From positions 1 to 46,221 of the forward strand of contig PFQT01000040.1 in assembly GCA_002788135.1 (NCBI GenBank): a DNA stretch of 46,221 nucleotides, read 5' to 3'. Below are positions 1 to 7,713 of this stretch, in pieces (position 1 is the first letter of the stretch; every line of letters starts with the position of its first letter). The notes under the pieces were generated by a model. The model made no database searches. It had not been told where the DNA came from and saw nothing but the letters and a program-made list of their open reading frames with translations. Source of the DNA: Candidatus Yonathbacteria bacterium CG_4_8_14_3_um_filter_46_25 (GTDB lineage Bacteria; Patescibacteriota; Minisyncoccia; Phycocordibacterales; UBA1539). The position numbers and the translations under genes are program-made.

Positions 1-70
1 GTTTTTCAGCAGTTTCCACGCCGCCTGCCATTTTTTGAAAATGCTCTCTTCCAAATGGTGCTTCTTTCAT
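1..70 (-). CDS. N-terminal fragment of an unidentified gene running off the left edge
   Basis: Minus-strand ATG at 68-70 opens MKEAPFGREHFQKMAGGVETAEK..., which stays open to base 1. Only about 23 codons are visible, so no family call. Confidence 0.3.
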   Translation of the reverse strand, partial: MKEAPFGREHFQKMAGGVETAEK

Positions 71-71
71 A

Positions 72-120
72 TATGGGGTGACATTCTGCTAAGATTGGGG
101 TGATAAAGGGTAACTGTACA
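72..120. repeat. Copy 1 of a ~49-nt dispersed element with two GGGGTGA(C/T)A direct repeats 22 nt apart
   Basis: tatggggtgacattctgctaagattggggtgataaagggtaactgtaca differs at 2 positions from 20810-20858. It lies immediately 5' of the minus-strand ATG at 68-70. Confidence 0.8.
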
Positions 121-170
121 TTTTCTGTCGGTTTCCAGAAATTTTTATAAAATAGGTGCGAGCGATACCA

Positions 171-204
171 TACAAAATACTGGACGACCTATGAAGTCGT
201 CCAG
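171..204 (-). terminator. Intrinsic terminator after the 210..665 gene
   Basis: 9-bp stem ctggacgac/gtcgtccag (180-188/196-204). On the minus strand it is followed by tattttgta. It lies 6 nt past the stop codon. Confidence 0.6.
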
Positions 205-209
205 TCTGA

Positions 210-665
210 TTACTCTCCAAACACCCATGTGTCCTCCCACTCCACCCACTCGCAAATGATGGGAGAGGCCTCAATCACCTTCCGAAAGAGGCCCAAAAAC
301 CACGGCTGGTAGTCCTCGACGATCGTGTCGTAGATGGATACGCCGACGTACCCAAACGACAGATCATAGAGGTGGCCACCATAGATATCCTCCCAGTTGC
401 CCATCTTTCCAAGGATAACATCTCCTTTGGTGTAGGTAACTAGAGGGATACTTGCCGTGGTGATGCCTGCGTCGAGGAGCATCTCGTAATCCGTCTCATC
501 TGACGGATTGACGCATTCCTCGTAAAACACCTCGCGACATTCGGGTATTAACCGAACGCCGCAATAAAGTGAGCGCAGAAATCCACGTCCACTCCGATGT
601 CCGGGGACAAGAAGCGGCCCCTTGAGTCCGAAACGCCACAACGTTCCGATTTCTCCTTCTTTCAT
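210..665 (-). CDS. Hypothetical protein (151 aa), GC-richer orphan
   Basis: Long ORF with its own terminator and no recognised family. A resemblance to SUKH/SMI1-type immunity proteins is only an impression. Confidence 0.5.
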   Translation of the reverse strand: MKEGEIGTLWRFGLKGPLLVPGHRSGRGFLRSLYCGVRLIPECREVFYEECVNPSDETDYEMLLDAGITTASIPLVTYTKGDVILGKMGNWEDIYGGHLYDLSFGYVGVSIYDTIVEDYQPWFLGLFRKVIEASPIICEWVEWEDTWVFGE

Positions 666-753
666 TTTCGTCTCCTCTGGCAGTTTTCTATTCCTTTCCC
701 GTTCGGGGGAGCGCCGGTAACTCTGCCAACCGGCATTATTTCACAGACATGGA

Positions 754-2010
754 TTGGTATTTTCCAGTAAAAAAAGTATAATATGTTGCATGAAAAGTCA
801 AGACCTTGCAAAAGTGCGCTTGCCGAATTCTCCAGGGGTATATTTTTTTAGAAATGGGGCAAAAAAACCGCTCTATATCGGCAAAGCAACATCTTTGCGA
901 AGTCGTGTGCGGAGTTATTTCGATCATGACATCGCAAGAACGCGCGGACCGCATATTGAGTTGATGCTCGAAATGGCAAAGATGGTTGATTTCATCAAAA
1001 CCGATTCTGTACTCGAAGCGCTTATTCTCGAAGCTCGATTCATCAAAAAACACCAGCCGAAATACAACACCAAAGAAAAAGATGACAAAAGCTTTAATTA
1101 TGTGATTGTTACTAAAGAGGATTTTCCTCGGGTGCTTCTTGTGCGGGGAAAGAATCTCTTTGACAAGCGCCACGCGCCTGCCCACGAAATCAGGCATTCT
1201 TTTGGACCTTTTCCCAAAGGAAGGATATTGAGAGACGCTCTCAAGATTGTGCGAAAAATATTCCCGTTTCGTGATACATGCGTTCCCGGCGTTGGAAGAC
1301 CGTGTTTTAATCGGCAGATCGGACTTTGTCCGGGGGTGTGTACCGGAGAAATTACCAAGCGAGAATATGGAGAAACAATCCGTAATATCCGACTCTTTTT
1401 TGAGGGTGAGAAAAAAAATTTGCTCAAGAAACTAGAACGAGACATGAAGACGGCGGCGAAGGCACTTCGGTTCGAGCAAGCAGGGATCATTAAAAAGACC
1501 GTTTTTGCCTTTAAACATATCCACGATATCGCACTAGTAAAAAATGACAATGTTCGGCCGGAGCAAAGCGGATTTCGCATCGAAGCATACGATGTCGCGC
1601 ACCTATCAGGGAAAAATACGGTTGGAGTAATGACGGTTGCAGAAGATGGAATGGAGAAAAAAAACGAATATCGCAAGTTCAGAATACGAACTGTTGACGG
1701 CGTGAACGATACGCGGGCGCTTGCGGAGATTCTTGAACGGCGACTCGAACATTCCGAATGGCAACTCCCGAAACTTATTGTTATCGACGGAGGAGTGGCG
1801 CAAAAGAATGCGGCTGAACGGGTACTTTGCGCCGCGGGAATACGGATACCGGTCATTGGTGTGGTAAAAAACGAGCGACATCAACCAGAGCGTCTTATTG
1901 GAGATCAAAAACTGCGATCAACTCATGAGCGAAATATTGTGCTTGCAAACGCCGAAGCACACCGATTTGCCATCCAGTACCATCGAAATTTGCGCGATAA
2001 GATCAAATAA
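754..2010 (+). CDS. uvrC: Excinuclease ABC subunit C-like (UvrC) lacking the C-terminal (HhH)2 domain
   Basis: GIY-YIG block GVYFFRNGAKKPLYIGKATSLRSRVRSYF...EARFIKKHQPKYN. Cys-rich CFNRQIGLCPGVC. UVR-like RDMKTAAKALRFEQAGIIKK. Endonuclease block RIEAYDVAHLSG...LIVIDGGVAQ...AHRFAIQYHR. The ORF ends directly after this block. The start may be ATG 790 instead of 754. Confidence 0.85.
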   Translation: MVFSSKKSIICCMKSQDLAKVRLPNSPGVYFFRNGAKKPLYIGKATSLRSRVRSYFDHDIARTRGPHIELMLEMAKMVDFIKTDSVLEALILEARFIKKHQPKYNTKEKDDKSFNYVIVTKEDFPRVLLVRGKNLFDKRHAPAHEIRHSFGPFPKGRILRDALKIVRKIFPFRDTCVPGVGRPCFNRQIGLCPGVCTGEITKREYGETIRNIRLFFEGEKKNLLKKLERDMKTAAKALRFEQAGIIKKTVFAFKHIHDIALVKNDNVRPEQSGFRIEAYDVAHLSGKNTVGVMTVAEDGMEKKNEYRKFRIRTVDGVNDTRALAEILERRLEHSEWQLPKLIVIDGGVAQKNAAERVLCAAGIRIPVIGVVKNERHQPERLIGDQKLRSTHERNIVLANAEAHRFAIQYHRNLRDKIK

Positions 2011-2116
2011 CCCTTTATGTAGTGTAGAGTAGAAAATATAATTTGAGATATAAAAAACGGCCACTACAATGCTGTAGCGACCGGCGGGAATTTCTTTTTG
2101 CGATTGTCAGACGTGA

Positions 2117-2359
2117 CTAGTTCAAGGACATTAGAATTCGTACATGCGGAGTTTTTGTGTTTGACCGACATGTTTCGCACCATGGATGAGCATATTCATG
2201 CGGGTACATTCCACCTTGGTGAATAGTCAGCACCATGATTATCGTAACCGCGATTGCTTCTCCAGTCGATTTGCACACATAGAATCCGTCATCATTGTGC
2301 ATGCCATGCTCCTTCAGCCACTGAAAATCTTCTGGTAAAACTTGATAAAGTGTGCGCAT
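2117..2359 (-). CDS. Small hypothetical protein (80 aa)
   Basis: The ATG at 2357-2359 (minus) is preceded by GGAGGT plus a 4-nt spacer. No family recognised. Confidence 0.45.
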   Translation of the reverse strand: MRTLYQVLPEDFQWLKEHGMHNDDGFYVCKSTGEAIAVTIIMVLTIHQGGMYPHEYAHPWCETCRSNTKTPHVRILMSLN

Positions 2360-2470
2360 GACTACCTCCACAGAGTGAAAAACAAGAACCCCGTCTGTTT
2401 TCAGAGTAATACTCTAAAAAATCCTGTCAATATCTGTTTGAGCGGAATGGGACAGATAATAATTAGTCAC

Positions 2471-2929
2471 TCAGTCAAAAAGTTTTTCCACCACCTCTTT
2501 TACATCGTTACCATCAGCTCTTCCTCTTAATTCTTTCATGATGACACCGATCAGTATGCCGATTTTTGCTTTATCATCCGCACGTAACTCTTCTTTTTTT
2601 CGTTTTGCCACCGTCGCTATTTCCTCTTTGCTCATCATCTTTGGGAGATATGCTTCCAAACACGCAAGCTCGGCGCGTTCACTCTCCACGAGGTCGTTCC
2701 TTCCGCCCGCTTCAAATTGCTCGATCGAGTCTTTGTGTTGTTTTGCCATTCGTTTGATGACCGTTTCTGCCGCGTCATCCTCAAGAATCTCTTGCGGAGT
2801 GCGCTTTTTTGCCACCAGTTCATTGATAAACGCGGCGAGGATTCTGCGCAAGACACCCAAACGTATAGTATCTTTCGCAAGCATTGCTTTCTTGATCTCT
2901 TCTTTTATCGTTTCGTGGATCGTGTTCAT
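2471..2929 (-). CDS. GatB/YqeY domain protein
   Basis: MNTIHETIKEEIKKAMLAKD...RLGVLRRILAAF...KRMAKQHKDSIEQFEAGGRNDLVESERAELACLEAYLP is the typical YqeY pattern. The start is taken at internal ATG 2929 (the ORF opens at 2953). Confidence 0.8.
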   Translation of the reverse strand: MNTIHETIKEEIKKAMLAKDTIRLGVLRRILAAFINELVAKKRTPQEILEDDAAETVIKRMAKQHKDSIEQFEAGGRNDLVESERAELACLEAYLPKMMSKEEIATVAKRKKEELRADDKAKIGILIGVIMKELRGRADGNDVKEVVEKLFD

Positions 2930-3060
2930 GGTTAATGGCCGATTAGCCGGCACGTTTAATTATACAACGACTGTCGATATATGCCACATGTCGTTTTTCT
3001 TTGTGGTATACTGCGTACGGTAATAATCAGAGTAAAATCATAATCAAAGACAGTGCTTTT

Positions 3061-3810
3061 ATGTCACAATACTACAACCCGAAAAGAACGAAATTCCTTT
3101 ATGATCCGGCGAGTGTCGCCCCATTCAAGATCAGTCGTTCAAAAATAGATCTCTTCCTTGAGTGCCCGCTTTGTTTTTATCTCGACCGAAGACGCGGGGT
3201 CGGAAGACCGCCCGGTTTCCCGTTTTCTCTCAACTCCGCCGTCGATAAACTGCTCAAAAAGGAATTCGATCTCTATCGGGCGCGACAAAAACCGCATCCT
3301 CTAATGAAGCATTATGGCGTTGCCGCACATCCGTTTGCGCATAAAGACCTCGATAAATGGCGTGAGAACTTTGTTGGTGTGCAATACCGCCACGCACCGA
3401 CCAATTTCATCGTTACCGGCGCGGTTGACGATGTGTGGGTGAATGACAACAAAGAGCTTATCGTGGTTGATTATAAGGCGACCAGTAAAGACGGGGAAGT
3501 GAATATCGATGCCGATTGGCAGATCGGGTATAAGCGTCAAATGGAAGTTTACCAGTGGCTTTTGCGTAACAACGGGCATGATGTTTCAAGTACGGGGTAT
3601 TTTGTATATTGCAACGGCAATACGGACAAAAAATCGTTTGACGCGAAGCTTGAATTTGATATAAAATTGATTCCTTATACGGGAAATGACGATTGGGTAG
3701 AGCGTACACTGATGAACGCGCACGCGTGTCTTCGCGCGGATATGGCGCCAGCTTCGGCACTTGACTGTGATTATTGTCAGTATCGTAATGCTGTTGCTAA
3801 AGCTCTGTAG
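3061..3810 (+). CDS. PD-(D/E)XK (RecB/Cas4-like) nuclease with Cys cluster
   Basis: N-terminal ECPLCFY, VVDYKATSK core, QMEVYQWLL (QxxxY) and C-terminal CDYCQY. The start is taken at ATG 3061 (the ORF opens at 3001). Confidence 0.65.
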   Translation: MSQYYNPKRTKFLYDPASVAPFKISRSKIDLFLECPLCFYLDRRRGVGRPPGFPFSLNSAVDKLLKKEFDLYRARQKPHPLMKHYGVAAHPFAHKDLDKWRENFVGVQYRHAPTNFIVTGAVDDVWVNDNKELIVVDYKATSKDGEVNIDADWQIGYKRQMEVYQWLLRNNGHDVSSTGYFVYCNGNTDKKSFDAKLEFDIKLIPYTGNDDWVERTLMNAHACLRADMAPASALDCDYCQYRNAVAKAL

Positions 3811-3912
3811 AGCCATATTATTGAGTTTTTATATAAGCACTTGACAAAAAATGATTCGCATGGTTGTATAAGGAGAGGGAAGGGAAACGCTTCTTGAAAG
3901 AAAGGAGGGGTT

Positions 3913-4479
3913 ATGTTATCTGTAAAGGTGCTCCTTAGGGGATCGGACGATCCTTTGAGGGCGAAGTTTCTGGCCCTTCGGCGGGCCGTGTACTGCGATC
4001 GTCTCGGGTACGAAACGCCCGAGACGGAAGCAGACAACCACGATGAATGTGCCACATTTGTCGTGGTGGTAGACGGGGCGGCGGTAGTGGCCGGGTGTCG
4101 CATCGTATGCGGACGCGACGTGACGCTCCCCATGCAGGAACGCCTGCCGGGGATTTCGGTTCCACAAAACGTTGCGGAGGTGAGCAGGGCAATCGTGGCA
4201 TCACGGTCGCCGTGCGTTGACCTCCTGTTGTACGCTGGAATATTTCGGCACCTCTTCCGCAAACGGTACGTGGCGGGAGTGGCGCTCTTTGACCTTGCGT
4301 ATTACCGCAAGGTAAACGGGATCTTTCCCGGCTTCTTCCGGAAAATCGCGGAAGAGGAGTGGGAACATGCCGGTGTCCGGCATATTCCCATCGTGGGGTA
4401 CCTGAAAGACTTTCGGCAGTATGCTGAGAGTCTGATCCCACGGATCGGGCGCGCCGATCCGCATCCGGAGGCTGTTTAG
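3913..4479 (+). CDS. GNAT-fold acyltransferase resembling LuxI-type autoinducer synthases / N-acyl amino acid synthases
   Basis: LRRAVYCDRLGYETPETEADNHDECATFVVVVDGAAVVAGCRIVCG...AEVSRAIV parallels the LuxI-family block R..VF..RLgW...E.D.yD...G.V.GC.RL...E.SRf. SD AAGGAGGGG lies 3 nt before the ATG. The gene is markedly GC-rich (about 57-67% on hand-counted lines). Confidence 0.5.
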   Translation: MLSVKVLLRGSDDPLRAKFLALRRAVYCDRLGYETPETEADNHDECATFVVVVDGAAVVAGCRIVCGRDVTLPMQERLPGISVPQNVAEVSRAIVASRSPCVDLLLYAGIFRHLFRKRYVAGVALFDLAYYRKVNGIFPGFFRKIAEEEWEHAGVRHIPIVGYLKDFRQYAESLIPRIGRADPHPEAV

Positions 4480-4485
4480 TTTATA

Positions 4486-4522
4486 CCGCCCTGCACCACA
4501 ATTGGTGTAGGGCGGTTTTTTT
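4486..4522 (+). terminator. Intrinsic terminator after the GNAT-like gene
   Basis: 13-bp stem ccgccctgcacca/tggtgtagggcgg with loop caat, followed by ttttttt. Confidence 0.85.
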
Positions 4523-4717
4523 ATATTTCCTCCCCATTATCCATTATACGACTTGCGATGTCGTATAATGGAGAGACTCTAGGGTAGCAAGTCTCATAAT
4601 CTTCTCTTCAATATGTTAAGCATATCATGCTTCTTGGCGTATCGAAGCTTGTATTCTTTAAAGTGAAGTAAAAATATTTTTCTCAATGCCCAGTTGAGTT
4701 TCGCAAGCCACCATTCT

Positions 4718-4738
4718 GCTGAAAAGGTCGGACCTTTT
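4718..4738. repeat. 21-nt repeat gctgaaaaggtcggacctttt (contains the 17-bp palindrome AAAAGGTC-G-GACCTTTT), copy 1
   Basis: Identical 21-mer at 39567-39587. A partner arm gaggaccgaccttgcgg at 4765-4781 can pair with it. Confidence 0.8.
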
Positions 4739-4872
4739 ACCCAAGGAAACCCTTGCATGAGCGCGAGGACCGACCTTGCGGAAGATAACTATAAGGCATT
4801 TCTAGATTTTAGTATTGATTTACTACTTAAGAGCCTTATTAGAATTAAGGGAAATGAAGAAAGCGTGTTATA

Positions 4873-5976
4873 ATGAGCATTATGAATGGGACATTTTTAG
4901 GATATGTCATTTTAGGAATTGTAATCGGTGCGATATGCGCCGCTTTTTTGGTGTTCTATTTTGGCCGTCGGCGCGAAAGTGGGAATGGAAACAATCTTCT
5001 TCTTTTGCAAAACCAAATGAATGAACTTTCAAAAGTGATCGACACGCGTCTTAGTGAATCGCGCAAGGATATGCGCGAAGCAGTGCAGACACAATTTAGC
5101 GAATCTCAAAAGCTAGTACGAAATATCAATGAACAAGTGACGAAGCAATTAGTCGAGGTTACAAAGGGCGTCACGGAAGCAAACGAAGCGAGCAAGCAGG
5201 TGTTTTCGATTGCCGAAGGGCTTCAGAATCTCGAGAAAGTGCTCAAACATCAGAAGCAGCGGGGAAATCTTGGAGAAGCGAGTCTTAAACTCTCACTCGG
5301 CAATATTCTTTCTCCCGACGACTATCAGACGCAGTATCTCTTTGAAAACGGCGACCAAGTGGACGCGGTGATAAAAACCAAAGAAGGTCTTATCCCCATT
5401 GACGCGAAATTCTCGCTTGATAATTACAATCGTATCGTCAATGAAAGCGATGAAGATCGAAAAACGGCTTTGGAAAAAGAGTTTCGCAACGATCTGAAAA
5501 AACGAATAGATGAAACGGCGAAATACATCAGACCAAAAGAGGGGACACTACCATTCGCATTCATGTTTATCCCCGCCGAGGGGATATATTACGATCTTTT
5601 GGTTAACGAGATCGGCGCGGTCAAGGTTAACACGCGCAGTCTGATCGATTACGCGTATCGAGAAAAAAAAGTTATTATCGCGTCGCCGACAACATTCGTC
5701 GCGTATCTGCACGCCGTGGCGCACGCGCTCAACGCGTTCAAGTTCGAAAAGAATCTTGAGGGGATCAGGACGAATGTGGACAAGCTCATGCGGCATCTGA
5801 AAGCATACGACGAATATTTCAAAAAAGTCGGGAAGTCGCTCGGTACGACTGTTGGGCATTACAACTTGGCATCAAAAGAACTTGGTAAGGTTGACAAAGA
5901 TATACTGCACATCACCGGTGATGCGATAGGAATGGAAGCGGAATTGTTGGAGCGGCCGAGCGGATCCGACGAATAA
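4873..5976 (+). CDS. rmuC: DNA recombination protein RmuC
   Basis: N-terminal TM helix and a coiled-coil segment. This is followed by the RmuC core GNLGEASLKLSLGNIL...VDAVIKTKEGLIPIDAKF...FMFIPAEGIYYD...IIASPTTFVAYL. Confidence 0.85.
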   Translation: MSIMNGTFLGYVILGIVIGAICAAFLVFYFGRRRESGNGNNLLLLQNQMNELSKVIDTRLSESRKDMREAVQTQFSESQKLVRNINEQVTKQLVEVTKGVTEANEASKQVFSIAEGLQNLEKVLKHQKQRGNLGEASLKLSLGNILSPDDYQTQYLFENGDQVDAVIKTKEGLIPIDAKFSLDNYNRIVNESDEDRKTALEKEFRNDLKKRIDETAKYIRPKEGTLPFAFMFIPAEGIYYDLLVNEIGAVKVNTRSLIDYAYREKKVIIASPTTFVAYLHAVAHALNAFKFEKNLEGIRTNVDKLMRHLKAYDEYFKKVGKSLGTTVGHYNLASKELGKVDKDILHITGDAIGMEAELLERPSGSDE

Positions 5977-6047
5977 TCGCGAAAACTCAGGGCAAAAATG
6001 AGGTTATTATGCGTATGTGGTCATTTATGGTGTAGTGCCATAAAGTG

Positions 6048-6075
6048 TTGACAAATCGTACTCTGCGCATAATAT
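6048..6075 (+). promoter_or_regulatory. Sigma70-like promoter candidate (TTGACA-16-TAATAT)
   Basis: TTGACA at 6048-6053 and TAATAT at 6070-6075. It points into the structured region at 6080-6203. Confidence 0.4.
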
Positions 6076-6079
6076 CAAC

Positions 6080-6203
6080 AACGAACAGAGGATTCCTTAT
6101 GTCCTCTAAAGATATCGTAGTAAGAATCCTGGAAGGGACACTTAACCAAGGCCTTATTCGTAGGTCGGTTTTCCCGGTTAAGCGTCCCTTTCAGGATTTT
6201 TTC
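6080..6203 (+). ncRNA. Structured RNA candidate (sRNA or leader) ending in a long hairpin plus U6
   Basis: Hairpin 1 is aggattcctta.../...gtaagaatcct (6089-6130). Hairpin 2 has a stem of about 22 bp, aatcctggaagggac-cttaacc / ggttaag-gtccctttcaggatt (6125-6198), then tttttt. The two hairpins share the aatcct segment. No ORF. Confidence 0.45.
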
Positions 6204-6404
6204 GTTTAGTTAGTATTGACACTTTTCTTTCATTATATCATGTATATTAATCAACAACAAAAAATATTAACAACGTTTTATGATGGTATAGCATTAAAAA
6301 CGTACACTTTTAAATTAACGCCTTGATCTGACGGGGAAACCAGTTGAAGGCGATTGTTTTCCATGCAGTTTCCTCAAGAAATAATAGTTTAATTACGCAA
6401 CCCG

Positions 6405-6449
6405 AAGACCATCGACGGCCATGCCGTCCACATGGTCTTTTTGTTTTTT
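6405..6449 (+). terminator. Intrinsic terminator in the long untranslated region upstream of the surface-protein locus
   Basis: aagaccat-cgacggc / gccgtc-cacatggtctt hairpin followed by tttttgtttttt. Confidence 0.7.
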
Positions 6450-6619
6450 GAAAATTGCATAAGTGAATAGAGTTTAAACGGCATCTCGTGACGTTTTATT
6501 CGTCGCTTACATTCTACCTTTCCAAGTTACGAGCTGGCGTTTGGACTTTAATAAGTTCAAGTGAGGTCGATACGGTACCCACGGGTGCTTTTTATTACCA
6601 GAATAATTCGATAAATACT

Positions 6620-7024
6620 ATGAACAAGATCATTGCGGGAGTAGCGACGGCGACATTGTTCGCAATAGCTTCACCGGTATTCGCTTCTACTGGCCATGGA
6701 TGGTTTTATAGCAACAACGGAGGCGATATTACGGTGACGAATAACAACAGTGCGCATGTCCAGAACACGGTAGCTGTCAACGCAAACACTGGTTACAACA
6801 CCGCTGACGGCGGAAATGGCGACCAGGGTGGCAACGGCGGAAACGCGACGGGTAGCCATGTCTGGTGGTGGTTCCAAAACAACGGAGCCGCTAATGCTGG
6901 CAATGCCGGGAATGGCGGAGCTGGCGGTACTGGCGGTTTGGTTGTGACCGGACACGCGGATGCGCTTTCCGATATTGCGAATGTTGTAAACACCAACATT
7001 ACTCGCATCACACGGGGTTTGTAA
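6620..7024 (+). CDS. Secreted Gly/Asn-rich protein carrying one copy of the locus-specific repeat module (P1)
   Basis: Signal peptide MNKIIAGVATATLFAIASPVFA. NSAHVQNTVAVNANTGYNTADGG...TGHADALSDIANVVNTNITRI matches the module repeated in 7688..10774. The start is taken at ATG 6620 (the ORF opens at 6488). Confidence 0.7.
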   Translation: MNKIIAGVATATLFAIASPVFASTGHGWFYSNNGGDITVTNNNSAHVQNTVAVNANTGYNTADGGNGDQGGNGGNATGSHVWWWFQNNGAANAGNAGNGGAGGTGGLVVTGHADALSDIANVVNTNITRITRGL

Positions 7025-7045
7025 TTCCGTCTATATTCAGTGGAT

Positions 7046-7072
7046 TTTATTGAACACCGAGTGTCCAATAAA
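7046..7072. repeat. 27-nt palindromic element, copy a (one arm mismatch)
   Basis: tttattgaacaccgagtgtccaataaa has 12-nt arms and a 3-nt centre. It lies 22 nt after the stop of 6620..7024. Other copies are at 20754, 28658 and 43232. Confidence 0.85.
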
Positions 7073-7203
7073 CTGGGTAACGAGTAACGAAGCGTGAGGA
7101 GTTGGAATCGAGTCTTGCTCCTCCCTTCGGATAAGCCAGTCGATGCGTTCTTCGCGGCTGAAGATACCAATTGCTGGTTTATGCGAGGGTATTCATTATC
7201 AAT

Positions 7204-7713
7204 ATGCATATATCGGTAAAAAAGTTACGTTTCTTGTCATTGGCGGGCGTCGCCCTTGTTTTTGGAGGATTCCCTTTGTGTGTTGCGGCGGATTCGGTTG
7301 ATATTATCAACACGGTATCGGTTAGAGCGTCGAGCGGGAATGGGGGAAATGCGAAAGGGAGCGTCCATATCGAAACTATTGTCAATGGAACCACTGTTGA
7401 ATCGATTGATGAGTATGCGGAGGATCCTATGAATGTCCGGATTGAGAAAACGAGCGAGATACGCACCAATACCGTGGTTGCCTCCATCGTGGCTGACGAT
7501 ACGGCTCTGATGGCGGGAGCGACGACCACAGCGGAAAACACCGCTTTCGTAAAGAGAGATACTTTTCCCGGGGACCACGGACTTGGACAAACGGAAATCG
7601 AGGTTGAGGAAACACCCGCCGCTTTAGAACAAGCTTCACTATCGTTTGGCCAATCGATTGTTTTAGCTTTTAATCATCTTCTCTCATATGTTTTTTCATT
7701 CTTTAACGCGTAA
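7204..7713 (+). CDS. Secreted protein with a half repeat module (P2)
   Basis: Signal peptide MHISVKKLRFLSLAGVALVFGGFPLCVAA. DSVDIINTVSVRASSGNGGNA resembles the first half of the module. Hydrophobic C-terminus. Confidence 0.6.
   Translation: MHISVKKLRFLSLAGVALVFGGFPLCVAADSVDIINTVSVRASSGNGGNAKGSVHIETIVNGTTVESIDEYAEDPMNVRIEKTSEIRTNTVVASIVADDTALMAGATTTAENTAFVKRDTFPGDHGLGQTEIEVEETPAALEQASLSFGQSIVLAFNHLLSYVFSFFNA

Noticed and set aside
1098-1856. Long antisense or overlapping ORFs inside well-supported genes. Examples are 736..1197 and 1098..1856 in uvrC, 2538..3023 in yqeY, 7822..8337 in P3, 12522..13145 in P4, and 43623..44243 and 44499..44972 in kinase 2.
   Set aside because: Each lies opposite or out of frame to a gene with clear family motifs. 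They have low-complexity or composition-driven sequence and no start context.
3777-4441. Several 80-170-aa ORFs overlapping the GC-rich GNAT-like gene on the minus strand.
   Set aside because: High G+C suppresses stop codons in all frames. The plus-strand ORF has an SD, a terminator and family-like motifs.
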